From the NCBI GenBank assembly GCA_043815085.1, contig JBDRJG010000001.1:1594-65593 (forward strand): 64,000 nt of DNA, in the 5' to 3' direction. Origin of the DNA: Candidatus Iainarchaeum sp. GTDB taxonomy: Archaea > Nanobdellota > Nanobdellia > Pacearchaeales > GW2011-AR1. The position numbers and the translations under genes are program-made. Under the pieces are notes generated by a model. The model was not told the origin of the DNA, searched no databases, and saw only the letters and a program-made list of their open reading frames with translations. Of this stretch, positions 19,505-28,316 are shown in pieces. The first letter of the stretch is position 1; each line of letters opens with the position of its first letter.

Positions 19505-20200
19505 ATGGGAAAAAGAATAATTCAACAAGCGCGCGGGCACGGAAGTATGACTTATCAGGCAAAGAAAAAATCTTTTGTCTATAAAATTCAATATCCAAGG
19601 AAACTCCAAGGAGAAGGAACAGTTATAAAGTTGATAAATTCTTCTGCACATAGTGCGCCACTGGCTAAAGTCTTGTACAATGAAGGAAGTTTCTACATTC
19701 CTGCCTTTAAAGAAATGGTTGAAGGCCAAAAAATTTCTTTTGAAGGGGAATTGAAAAATGGGAGCATTCTTCCTCTGGAAAAGATACCAATTAAAACATT
19801 TATATACTGCATTGAATCTCGCCCGGGAGATGGGGGAAAATTTATTAAAACAGCTGGAAGCAATGCGATTGTAACAAGAGTTGTTGGAAATCAGATTTTA
19901 GTTTTAATGCCTTCAAAAAAGGAAAAAAAATTTAATCCAAAATGCAGAGCAATAATAGGGCAGATTGCAGGACATGGAAGATTAGATAAGCCAATTATAA
20001 AGGCCGGAAAAATGCATTATATTAAAAAATCAAAAAATAAATTATGGCCTAGAACAAGCGCAGTTAAAATGAATGCAATAGATCATCCTTTTGGTTCGGG
20101 TAGAGGAAAGAATATTAAGAGCAAAATTGCAAAGCGAAATGCACCTGCTGGAAGAAAAGTTGGCTTAATTAGACCAAAAAGAACAGGTAAAAAGAAATAA
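19505..20200 (+). CDS. rpl2: 50S ribosomal protein L2
   Basis: MGKRIIQQARG, MNAIDHPFGSG. Confidence 0.98.
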   Translation: MGKRIIQQARGHGSMTYQAKKKSFVYKIQYPRKLQGEGTVIKLINSSAHSAPLAKVLYNEGSFYIPAFKEMVEGQKISFEGELKNGSILPLEKIPIKTFIYCIESRPGDGGKFIKTAGSNAIVTRVVGNQILVLMPSKKEKKFNPKCRAIIGQIAGHGRLDKPIIKAGKMHYIKKSKNKLWPRTSAVKMNAIDHPFGSGRGKNIKSKIAKRNAPAGRKVGLIRPKRTGKKK

Positions 20201-20215
20201 AATGGAAATAACAAA
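20198..20215. repeat. 18-bp direct repeat TAAAATGGAAATAACAAA (second copy 20505-20522)
   Basis: Exact match flanking the orphan ORF. Confidence 0.85.
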
Positions 20216-20507
20216 TATGTATAATACTTTGAACGGAAATGAATGTCAAAAACATTTAGAAAAGTTAATTAAAAATGAAGCAGAAGGGAGAATAGTAATT
20301 TGGGGGCACAAACATAAAATTGATGTTGAGGATAGCAACACTTTTCATAACATAGCTCAAGAAATGAAGGTCAAAAATATTAACAATTTTTGTGGAGGGT
20401 TACATTATATTGGAGAGGTTGAAAAAGAACTTTGGACAATTTGCCTAGATGATGAATTAAATCAAGCTTTTTTAGACAAATATGGGGAGGAATATCAAAT
20501 TAATTAA
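20202..20507 (+). CDS. Orphan ORF inserted between rpl2 and rps19
   Basis: 101 aa, TAAAATG junctions on both sides. Confidence 0.75.
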   Translation: MEITNMYNTLNGNECQKHLEKLIKNEAEGRIVIWGHKHKIDVEDSNTFHNIAQEMKVKNINNFCGGLHYIGEVEKELWTICLDDELNQAFLDKYGEEYQIN

Positions 20508-20508
20508 A

Positions 20509-20904
20509 ATGGAAATAACAAAAAAACAAATTACATATAAGGGAAAGACTATTGAAGAGCTGAAAGCCTTGGATGTTCGTGAATTTGCCAAATATCTTCC
20601 GTCAAGAGGAAGGAGAAGTGTTCTCAGAAATTTCCAGAAAATTGAATATTTTACTAAGAGAGCAAAAGAGAAAATTGAAAGAGGAAAAAAGATAAAAACT
20701 CATAATCGAGGATTGGTTATTGTGCCCCAGCTAATCGGAATGAATATTCAAGTTCATAATGGAAGAGCTTTTTTACCTGTTCAAATTGAGCCAGAAATGC
20801 TTGGACACAGATTAGGAGAGATGGCTCTTACAAGATCAAAAGTAACACACAGTAAAGCAGGTGTTGGAGCAACAAAAGGAAGTAAACATAAGGCTAAAAA
20901 ATAA
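20509..20904 (+). CDS. rps19: 30S ribosomal protein S19
   Basis: IKTHNR, HNGR, MLGHRLGE, GATKGS; start reassigned to MEITKK. Confidence 0.97.
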   Translation: MEITKKQITYKGKTIEELKALDVREFAKYLPSRGRRSVLRNFQKIEYFTKRAKEKIERGKKIKTHNRGLVIVPQLIGMNIQVHNGRAFLPVQIEPEMLGHRLGEMALTRSKVTHSKAGVGATKGSKHKAKK

Positions 20905-20906
20905 AA

Positions 20907-21548
20907 ATGACTGAAAAAAGTTACAACCCAAATCAAAAGGAAAAAAAGGCAATGAAAAAACAGCCGAAGCAGATAGAAGCTAAACCAAAACAGCCAGAAA
21001 AAATTGAAACTCCGATAGCTGAAGCTAAACCAAAACAGGAAGAAACTGGTTCAGAAAAAACAGAAGAAAAAAAAATAGATGAAACTTCAAAAACTGAAAA
21101 ACCAGAAGAAAAAAAATCTGAATCAAAAAAACCTGCTAAAAAGATTAAAAAAGAAATTGTGATGGTGAATGCAAAAAGTGTCCCTATTTCTACAAAATAT
21201 GCAATTTATATCTGTAAATTTGTCAAAGGAAAAAGAATAGAAGATGCTATAAGAGATTTAGAGCAGGTTATACTATTAAAAAAAGTTGTTCCAATGAAAG
21301 GAGAATATGCACATCAAAAAGGAAAAGGAATAAGTGGAGGAAAATTCCCTCAAAGAGCTGCAAAATCTTTCATAGTCTTGCTTAAAAGTCTTGCAGGAAA
21401 TGCAAACAATCATGAAATCAACGAACCAATAATAACTGAAGCAATTGCGAACCAAGCTGCAATGCCCTTCGGAAGATTTGGAAGAGTGAGAAGAAAGAGA
21501 ACACACATTACAATTAAAGCAAGAGAAGCAAAGGAGAAGAAAAAATGA
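20907..21548 (+). CDS. rpl22: 50S ribosomal protein L22 with long charged N-terminal extension
   Basis: PISTK, GKFPQRAA, LKSLAGNA, KRTHITI. Confidence 0.95.
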   Translation: MTEKSYNPNQKEKKAMKKQPKQIEAKPKQPEKIETPIAEAKPKQEETGSEKTEEKKIDETSKTEKPEEKKSESKKPAKKIKKEIVMVNAKSVPISTKYAIYICKFVKGKRIEDAIRDLEQVILLKKVVPMKGEYAHQKGKGISGGKFPQRAAKSFIVLLKSLAGNANNHEINEPIITEAIANQAAMPFGRFGRVRRKRTHITIKAREAKEKKK

Positions 21549-21805
21549 ATAACATAGTAAAATACACCGCCATACAAAAAATGTTTGAATCTTCAAAAGA
21601 GTTAATTGAACAGTTAAAGAGCCCCGAGGTATTGATAAGGACTTTGAAAAAATATGTTAATGAAGGATTAGAAGCATATAAAGAAAAAAATACAGATTCG
21701 TTTCAATTTAATAATCGTTTATATCAAGTTACTTTTGACAGAGCGAAAAAAGTAGGGGTGAATATTTCGGAATATCCAATAATATTGGAGGCACTAATGA
21801 ATTAA
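21545..21805 (+). CDS. Orphan ORF inserted between rpl22 and rps3
   Basis: 86 aa, ATGA overlap upstream, TAAAATG downstream. Confidence 0.75.
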   Translation: MNNIVKYTAIQKMFESSKELIEQLKSPEVLIRTLKKYVNEGLEAYKEKNTDSFQFNNRLYQVTFDRAKKVGVNISEYPIILEALMN

Positions 21806-21806
21806 A

Positions 21807-22499
21807 ATGGAAGAAAAACAAATTGTAAAATTCAAAAAAGATGAATTTGCCATTCGCGAGTCAATTAAAAAAATGCTTGGCAAAGGAAAAGTTAGCAAGA
21901 TTAGAATCGAATACACTCCAGTTGGAGAAAAAGTAATAATCTCAACAAGCAAGCCTGGCTTAATTATCGGAAGAGGAGGGGAAAAATTAAATGAGATTAC
22001 AGAGCATCTAAAGAAAAATTTCAAATTTGAAAATCTGCATATTGAAATTGAAGAAATAACCTCTCCTGAATTTGATGCGCAGATAATTGCAGATGATATT
22101 GCATTAGGATTGGAGAGATTTGGTCCATTAAAATTTAAGGTAATTGTATATCGAACACTCGAAAGAATAATGAGAGCTGGAGCACTTGGATGCGAGATAA
22201 GATTGGGGGGAAAACTTCCAGGTTCAAGAGCAAAATCATGGAGATTCGCCCAAGGATATTTAATAAAAACAGGAGATGGTGCAAAAGTTGTGGACAGAGC
22301 CCAGTCACGAGCAGAAACAAAACCTGGAACTGTTGGAATAAAAGTAAGTATACTTTCTCCGCATGCAATATTAAAAGATAAAATAGACATTAATGAAGAA
22401 TTAATAAAACAATTAAAGACAAATTCAAAAGAATTAGAGGAAAAATCAATCAAGAAAATAAAAAAATCCCGCAAAAAAATGGGAAGTAAAAAGAAATGA
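21807..22499 (+). CDS. rps3: 30S ribosomal protein S3
   Basis: KH motif PGLIIGRGG, GALGCEI, GTVGIKV. Confidence 0.98.
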   Translation: MEEKQIVKFKKDEFAIRESIKKMLGKGKVSKIRIEYTPVGEKVIISTSKPGLIIGRGGEKLNEITEHLKKNFKFENLHIEIEEITSPEFDAQIIADDIALGLERFGPLKFKVIVYRTLERIMRAGALGCEIRLGGKLPGSRAKSWRFAQGYLIKTGDGAKVVDRAQSRAETKPGTVGIKVSILSPHAILKDKIDINEELIKQLKTNSKELEEKSIKKIKKSRKKMGSKKK

Positions 22500-22684
22500 A
22501 ATACAAAGAAATATCAAAAATGACTCAGGAAGAAAGAGACAAAAAGATAAGAGAATTAAAAATGGAACTGATTAAATCTAAGACAAAAACTTCAAAAACA
22601 GGGAATCCTAAACAAATTAAAAAAATAATTGCAAGAATACTAACGTTCAATACCTCTAAATTGGGAGTATTGAAGAACAAATAA
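22496..22684 (+). CDS. rpl29: 50S ribosomal protein L29
   Basis: ELKMEL...IKKIIARILT; position. Confidence 0.93.
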   Translation: MKYKEISKMTQEERDKKIRELKMELIKSKTKTSKTGNPKQIKKIIARILTFNTSKLGVLKNK

Positions 22685-22688
22685 AAAC

Positions 22689-22988
22689 ATGGAAATAGAT
22701 CCAACAACAGGATTGCCTTTAGAGGCAATAGAATGGGAAAACCTCACAAGGGGTTCGCAAAGGATAACCGTGAAAACAGACAAAAAACGATATGGAAAAC
22801 TCGTGACTGTTATAAGTGGATTTGACAAGGGAGTCGATGTGAAGAAAATCGCAAAAAGTCTGAAAAATGAACTGGCTTGCGGTGGAACTTACAAAGACGA
22901 TAAAATAGAACTCCAAGGAGACCACATGAGAAAAATAAAACCAATTTTGGTAAGACTTGGTTTTGACAACAACTCAGTAGAGGAATAA
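22689..22988 (+). CDS. sui1: Translation initiation factor aIF1/SUI1
   Basis: RYGKLVT, LACGGT, IELQGDH. Confidence 0.96.
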   Translation: MEIDPTTGLPLEAIEWENLTRGSQRITVKTDKKRYGKLVTVISGFDKGVDVKKIAKSLKNELACGGTYKDDKIELQGDHMRKIKPILVRLGFDNNSVEE

Positions 22989-23004
22989 ACATTCAAAAAA
23001 CAAA

Positions 23005-23340
23005 ATGGCAAAAAAAGAAAAAACAAAAGTAGAAGCAAGAGAAATAGTTGAAGCTAAAATTGACAGGAGAGTGGGAACCAGGGGGAAAATATTTGAAGGT
23101 ATTGTAACTAAAAAATTTCCTAAAAGAGTTGTTATTGAATTTGAGAGAATGATTTATGTAAAAAAATATGAGAGATACGCTAAATTAAAAACAAAAATAC
23201 ACGCAAGATTGCCTAAAATTCTTGAAAAAGAAATTAATTTAGGTGATTTAATAAGAGTTCATGAATGCAGACCATTGAGCAAAATTATACATTTTGTTAT
23301 TATTTCAAAAGTTAAAGATGCCAAGGAGGTTGGAAAATGA
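23005..23340 (+). CDS. rps17: 30S ribosomal protein S17
   Basis: RGKIFEG, KYERY, ECRPLSK. Confidence 0.97.
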   Translation: MAKKEKTKVEAREIVEAKIDRRVGTRGKIFEGIVTKKFPKRVVIEFERMIYVKKYERYAKLKTKIHARLPKILEKEINLGDLIRVHECRPLSKIIHFVIISKVKDAKEVGK

Positions 23341-23738
23341 AAGCTATAAGTGCACGGGGAACAGAAGCATTAAATCTTGGGGCAAATCTAATTGCAGCAG
23401 ACAATAGCGGAGCTAAGATTGTTCGACTAGTTTCAGTAAAAAAAGCAAAGGCAAAAAAAGCTAAGCAGGTTGCTGCAAAAATTGCTGACTGGGTAAAAGT
23501 TTCAGTAAGAAAAGGTGTTCCAGACATGAAAGGAAAAGTTTTCGACGCTGTTATAATAAGGCAAAAAAAACCATATAGAAGATTGAATGGGGAAAGGGTT
23601 GGATTTGAAGACAATGCAGTTGCAATATTAAAGGACGATAAAGGAAATCCAAAAGGAACTCGAATTAAAGGGCCAATTGCAAGGGAGGTTCAGGAGAGAT
23701 GGGTGCAAGTTGCCAAAATCGCTTCAATAGTATATTAA
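23337..23738 (+). CDS. rpl14: 50S ribosomal protein L14
   Basis: ADNSGAK, FEDNA, GPIAREV. Confidence 0.98.
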   Translation: MKAISARGTEALNLGANLIAADNSGAKIVRLVSVKKAKAKKAKQVAAKIADWVKVSVRKGVPDMKGKVFDAVIIRQKKPYRRLNGERVGFEDNAVAILKDDKGNPKGTRIKGPIAREVQERWVQVAKIASIVY

Positions 23739-23739
23739 A

Positions 23740-24177
23740 ATGAAAAAGAAATTTTCAAAACACTGGAAAGCAAGTTCTCAGCCGAGAAAACAAAGAAAGT
23801 ACAGAGCGAATGCCCCAATCCATCTCAGAAAAAAGTTTGTGAGTATAAATTTGTCAAAAGAACTTAGAAAAAAAGAAGGAAAAAGAAATCTTCCAGTTAT
23901 AAAAAATGATAAAGTAAAAATATGTAGAGGAAAATTTAAAGGGAAGGAAGGAAAGGTTCTTGAAGTTAATTTAAAAAGAGCAAAAATTATTGTTGAAGGA
24001 ATTCAGGTTAAAAAGATGGACGGCTCAAAAGCGAATGTAAAAATGCAACCTTCAAATTTGCAAATTATTGAACTTGTTGAAAGAAAAAAGAAGCAAATTA
24101 AAGAAAATAAAAAAAGTGAGAAAAAAACTATTAAAAAGGAAACAAAAGATAAAACTAAACTGGAGGAGAAAAAATGA
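23740..24177 (+). CDS. rpl24: 50S ribosomal protein L24
   Basis: SQPRKQRK, KOW RGKFKGKEGKV. Confidence 0.97.
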   Translation: MKKKFSKHWKASSQPRKQRKYRANAPIHLRKKFVSINLSKELRKKEGKRNLPVIKNDKVKICRGKFKGKEGKVLEVNLKRAKIIVEGIQVKKMDGSKANVKMQPSNLQIIELVERKKKQIKENKKSEKKTIKKETKDKTKLEEKK

Positions 24178-24824
24178 GTCATCTAAAAAGACAATCAGTA
24201 CCAAAAAGCTGGCCTATACCAAGAAAAGGGACTACTTTTGTGGTTAAACCAAATTTTGGATTTTCAAAAGGAATGCCCCTATTGATTATTCTAAGAGACA
24301 TGCTAAAAATAGCCAAAGACAGAAAAGAAGTGAAAAAAGCTATTCATTTTAAGAGCATATTGGTAAATGGAAGAGAAGCGAGAGACGAAAGAGAAGGCAT
24401 ATTGTTATTTGATGTCATAACAATTGTTCCATCTAAAAAAAATTATAGACTTACTCTCTCTACAAAAGGAAAATTTGAATTGAAAGAAATAAAAGAAAAT
24501 GAAGCAAGTTCTAAAATAGCAAAAATTATAGGAAAAAAGATTCTAAAAGGAAAGAAAGTTCAATTAAATTTAAGTGATGGGAGAAATTTCCTTTCAGATG
24601 CAAAGTGTAGAACAAATGATTCGGTTCTTATTAATTTTAAAAAGAAAAAAATTGAAAAATGTCTTTTTCTAAGGGAAAACTCAAATGTATTTGTTTTTGC
24701 TGGAAAACATTCAGGAACAGCCGGTAAAATTGAGAAAATCAATGAAGAAAAGAAAATGGCAAGTATAGAAAAGGGTAATGAAAAAATTAATGTTTTAATT
24801 AAACAGTTTATGGTAATTGAATAA
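24174..24824 (+). CDS. rps4e: 30S ribosomal protein S4e
   Basis: HLKRQSVPKSW, LRDML, NLSDGRN, GKHSG. Confidence 0.96.
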   Translation: MSHLKRQSVPKSWPIPRKGTTFVVKPNFGFSKGMPLLIILRDMLKIAKDRKEVKKAIHFKSILVNGREARDEREGILLFDVITIVPSKKNYRLTLSTKGKFELKEIKENEASSKIAKIIGKKILKGKKVQLNLSDGRNFLSDAKCRTNDSVLINFKKKKIEKCLFLRENSNVFVFAGKHSGTAGKIEKINEEKKMASIEKGNEKINVLIKQFMVIE

Positions 24825-24825
24825 A

Positions 24826-25365
24826 ATGAAAGAAAAATCAAAATTAATTAAAGAGAGAGAAAACGAAAAGGAAAACCCAATGAGAAAAATAAAAATTGAA
24901 AAAATAACTCTAAGTGTAGGCGGAACCGGAGAAACCCTTGAAAAAGGCTTCAAACTTTTGAAGTTCCTGACAGGAAGAACCCCTGCAAAAATGAAATCTA
25001 GAAAAAGAATTCCAACTCTTGGAGTTAGGCCCGGACTTGAAATTGGGGCAGTTGTTACAATTAGGAAAAATGCAGGAGAATTTTTGAAGAGACTATTAAA
25101 TACATTCGATAATGTTTTAAGAAAAAAACAAATAAGTGAAAATAATTTTTCATTTGGAATAAAAGAGTATATAGAAATACCGGGAACTGAATATCAAAGA
25201 GAGATTGGAATTATGGGGTTGGATGTAAGTGTGATATTTAAAAGAACAGGAAGAAGAGTGAGATTGAAAAAAATAAAGGGGGGGAAAGTTCCTAAAAAAC
25301 AAATGATTTCAAAAGAAGAAATAATTAAATTTATGGAAGAGACTTTCTCTACGGGGTTTATATAA
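24826..25365 (+). CDS. rpl5: 50S ribosomal protein L5
   Basis: NPMRKIKIEK, FSFGIKEYI, IGIMGLD. Confidence 0.97.
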   Translation: MKEKSKLIKERENEKENPMRKIKIEKITLSVGGTGETLEKGFKLLKFLTGRTPAKMKSRKRIPTLGVRPGLEIGAVVTIRKNAGEFLKRLLNTFDNVLRKKQISENNFSFGIKEYIEIPGTEYQREIGIMGLDVSVIFKRTGRRVRLKKIKGGKVPKKQMISKEEIIKFMEETFSTGFI

Positions 25366-25595
25366 TGACCGCGAGTGATTGGAAAAAAATATTGAAACAG
25401 CTCGATGCTAAACCAGTTATAAAACAGAAATATATAAAACATAATAAACCGAGAGAAAGAAAGACAGGAATTGCTGCCAAAAAATGCGAGAGATGCGGAA
25501 GATTTGGAGCACATATAAAATCATACGGATTAAATTTATGTCGACACTGCGTTAGAGGAATAGCAGTTGAAATCGGCTTTCAAAAATACAGTTAA
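25365..25595 (+). CDS. rps14: 30S ribosomal protein S14 (zinc type)
   Basis: CERC...LCRHC, IGFQKY. Confidence 0.96.
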   Translation: MTASDWKKILKQLDAKPVIKQKYIKHNKPRERKTGIAAKKCERCGRFGAHIKSYGLNLCRHCVRGIAVEIGFQKYS

Positions 25596-25596
25596 A

Positions 25597-25986
25597 ATGG
25601 AAACAACAACAGAAATAAAAAATAATGAAAAAGAATATATGAAAGAAATAGATTTCCTTGGGGTGTTACAATTTCAATATTGGATAAATAAAAAATTATG
25701 TAGAGATAATCCAAATAAAGATTATGTCTTCTTAGATGAAGGACTGGGTAAAGGAGAATTTGTTAAATTGATTAAAGAAGGAGAAAAAATTATGGTAAAA
25801 ACTTTTGATATTAAGGGTTATGGTGATTTAGAAGGAAATCTAATTGAGGTTAAAACAGTAAAACAAGGGTACCCCTTAAGTGTATCTGTTTATAGAAATT
25901 TTGATAAAACAAAAGATTCTAAGAAACAACAAATTTATTATGATGCTCTTAAGAAATCTAAATTTTATAATGGAGTTAAAAACTAA
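25597..25986 (+). CDS. Orphan ORF inserted between rps14 and rps8
   Basis: 129 aa from METTTE, TAAAATG junctions on both sides. Confidence 0.75.
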   Translation: METTTEIKNNEKEYMKEIDFLGVLQFQYWINKKLCRDNPNKDYVFLDEGLGKGEFVKLIKEGEKIMVKTFDIKGYGDLEGNLIEVKTVKQGYPLSVSVYRNFDKTKDSKKQQIYYDALKKSKFYNGVKN

Positions 25987-25987
25987 A

Positions 25988-26368
25988 ATGTCACACGATG
26001 TAGTTGCAGACGCACTAAACATGATAAAGAATGCTCAAAAAGCTAGAAATGATACTGTTAGAATAGATAGAATCTCAAATCTACTTATAGAAATTCTTAA
26101 AATTATGAAACAGGAAAAAGCAATCAAGAAGTATAAGATTGATGCTAAGGAAAAATCAATAATGCTCACAATTGGAGAACTTGCTGAATGCAAGGCAATA
26201 AAGCCAAGATTCAGTTGCGATAAAAATCAAATAGAAAAATACAGAAGAAGATATCTGCCATCGAGAAATCTGGGAACTTTAATAATCTCCACAAACAAAG
26301 GATTAATGACCCATAAAGAAGCTCAAACTGAAAATGCGGGGGGTTGCTTAATTGCATATTTTTATTAA
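25988..26368 (+). CDS. rps8: 30S ribosomal protein S8
   Basis: DVVADAL, IKPRF, STNKGLMTH, GGCLIAY; start reassigned to MSHD. Confidence 0.97.
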   Translation: MSHDVVADALNMIKNAQKARNDTVRIDRISNLLIEILKIMKQEKAIKKYKIDAKEKSIMLTIGELAECKAIKPRFSCDKNQIEKYRRRYLPSRNLGTLIISTNKGLMTHKEAQTENAGGCLIAYFY

Positions 26369-26369
26369 A

Positions 26370-26915
26370 ATGGTCAGAAAAAATTTACTGCAAGAAATTG
26401 AAATTCCAGAAAATGTTGAGATTGGGATAAATGGAAAAGAAATCTCGGTTAAAGGACCTGAAGGAGAAAATATAAGGAAATTTGATATTGAAAAAATTAA
26501 AATTGAGAAAAAAGATGGAAAAATAATAATTGAACATCCTTCAGCTACAAAAAAGGAAAAAAGGAAAATTAATACGATAATTGCACATCTAAAAAACATG
26601 ATTCGGGGAGTTCAGAAAAAATTTGAATATAAGCTGAAAATATGCGCGGTTCATTTTCCAATAACAATTGAGATTAAAGGGAATAAAGTATTAATTAAAA
26701 ATTTTCTCGGAGAAAAAACACCAAGAAAATGTTCTATCCCGGAAGGGGCGGAGATAGAAATTAATAAAGATATTATAACCACAAAATCAGTGAACAGAGA
26801 AATTGCAGGACAGGCTGCTGCTAATTTCGAGGCTGCAACAAGAGTAAGAAACAGAGATAGGAGAGTTTTCCAGGATGGAATTTTCATAATCAATAAAATA
26901 GGAAAAGAGATATAA
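26370..26915 (+). CDS. rpl6: 50S ribosomal protein L6
   Basis: HFPI, NFLGEK, DRRVFQDGI. Confidence 0.97.
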   Translation: MVRKNLLQEIEIPENVEIGINGKEISVKGPEGENIRKFDIEKIKIEKKDGKIIIEHPSATKKEKRKINTIIAHLKNMIRGVQKKFEYKLKICAVHFPITIEIKGNKVLIKNFLGEKTPRKCSIPEGAEIEINKDIITTKSVNREIAGQAAANFEAATRVRNRDRRVFQDGIFIINKIGKEI

Positions 26916-26916
26916 A

Positions 26917-27327
26917 ATGGCAGAGAGAAAAAGACCCAAATTTTTAAGAAGGACTTCAGTAAGATTGTCTAAATTAGGGAAAAAAAGAAAGAAAAAACAA
27001 ATCTGGAGAAGACCCACTGGCAGAGATAATAAAATGAGAGAAAAAAGAAGAGGAAAGCCCGCTACTGTGAGCACGGGATATTCTACAGAAAAGAGTATTA
27101 AAGGAAAAATAAATGGAAAAACTCCTGTATTTGTAAAAAATATTGAAGAACTTAAAAATATAGGGAAAAATCAGATAGTAACTCTTGGAAAAATAGGAAA
27201 AAAGAAAAAAATTGAAATTGCAAAAAAGGCAAGAGAATTGAAAATTGAAATTGCAAATTTAAATATTAAAAAGTTCCTTAGGAAAAACGACAAGAAGACA
27301 GAAAATAAACAGGAGAATAAAAAATGA
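26917..27327 (+). CDS. rpl32e: 50S ribosomal protein L32e
   Basis: RPKFLR, WRRPTGRDNKMR. Confidence 0.95.
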   Translation: MAERKRPKFLRRTSVRLSKLGKKRKKKQIWRRPTGRDNKMREKRRGKPATVSTGYSTEKSIKGKINGKTPVFVKNIEELKNIGKNQIVTLGKIGKKKKIEIAKKARELKIEIANLNIKKFLRKNDKKTENKQENKK

Positions 27328-27761
27328 ACCTGAGAGCTAAAAAACAACTTGCTGCAAAGACTTTCGGAATTGGAAAAGAAAGGGTTCTTTTCATAGAAGA
27401 AAGATTAGATGAAATTAAAGAAGCAATAACAAAGCAGGATATGAGGGATTTATACAGGGATGGAGCAATAAAAATCAAAGAAATTAAAGGAAGAAAAAAG
27501 ATAAAAACAAAGAAAAGAAAGAGAAGTGCTGGAAATATTAGAAAAAATGTGAATGTAAGAAAAAGGAATTATGTCATACTTACTAGAAAACTAAGAAAAT
27601 ATGCTAAAGATTTGAAGAATAGAGGAGAATTAGACAAGAATAAAATAAAAGAAATAAGGAAAAAAATAAGAAACAAAACATTTAGAAGTAAGGCTCATAT
27701 GAAAGAGCAAATAGGAGAAAACAAACATGAAAGTCCAAAAACGAAGAAGAAGAGAAAATAA
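27324..27761 (+). CDS. rpl19e: 50S ribosomal protein L19e
   Basis: LRAKKQLAA, AITKQD, position. Confidence 0.94.
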   Translation: MNLRAKKQLAAKTFGIGKERVLFIEERLDEIKEAITKQDMRDLYRDGAIKIKEIKGRKKIKTKKRKRSAGNIRKNVNVRKRNYVILTRKLRKYAKDLKNRGELDKNKIKEIRKKIRNKTFRSKAHMKEQIGENKHESPKTKKKRK

Positions 27762-28215
27762 GACAGATTATCTAAAAAGATTGAAACTGCTCAAAGGAGA
27801 AAAACCCAGAATAGTATTTAGAAAAACAAATAGATATATTCTCGCCCAATATATTATTAGTAAAGAAGCTCAGGATAAGGTGTTGGTTGGAATGAATTCT
27901 AAAGAATTGAACAATTATGGCTGGCCAAAGAATGCACAAGGAAGTTTGAAATCTATTACAGCTTCATATTTAATTGGATATCTAATAGGCAAAAAAATTT
28001 CTGCAAAAAAATTAGAGAATCCTATTTTAGATAGTGGAATGAATAGGGTCTTGCACAAAAATAAAATTTATGCTTTCCTCAAGGGATTGATTGATTCTGA
28101 AGTTAAAATTAGCTGTAAAAAGGAATTATTTCCAGAAGAATCTAGAATAAAAGGAGAACATCTAAAATCTAAAATCCCTTTTCAAGAAATTAAATCAAAG
28201 ATGGAAAAATTGTAG
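27727..28215 (+). CDS. rpl18: 50S ribosomal protein L18
   Basis: RRRRENKTDYLKR, RIVFRKTN, SYLIG. Confidence 0.96.
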   Translation: MKVQKRRRRENKTDYLKRLKLLKGEKPRIVFRKTNRYILAQYIISKEAQDKVLVGMNSKELNNYGWPKNAQGSLKSITASYLIGYLIGKKISAKKLENPILDSGMNRVLHKNKIYAFLKGLIDSEVKISCKKELFPEESRIKGEHLKSKIPFQEIKSKMEKL

Positions 28216-28217
28216 AA

Positions 28218-28316
28218 ATGAAAATAAGAAATTTTCTAAGTCCTCATAAATTCTGGATACAAAATCAAGAAAAAAATTTGCATTTAGAAATAAATGCTCA
28301 AGGAGATTTTGCATAA
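28218..28316 (+). CDS. 32-aa mini-ORF filling the rpl18-rps5 gap
   Basis: MKIRNFLSPHKFWIQNQEKNLHLEINAQGDFA; ATG 2 nt after the rpl18 stop, TAA overlaps the rps5 ATG. Confidence 0.45.
   Translation: MKIRNFLSPHKFWIQNQEKNLHLEINAQGDFA

Noticed and set aside
20482..26369. Extended starts given for S19, L5, S8, L6 and the S14/S8 orphan
   Set aside because: They use non-ATG upstream starts overlapping prior genes; ATGs in TAAAATG junctions fit better
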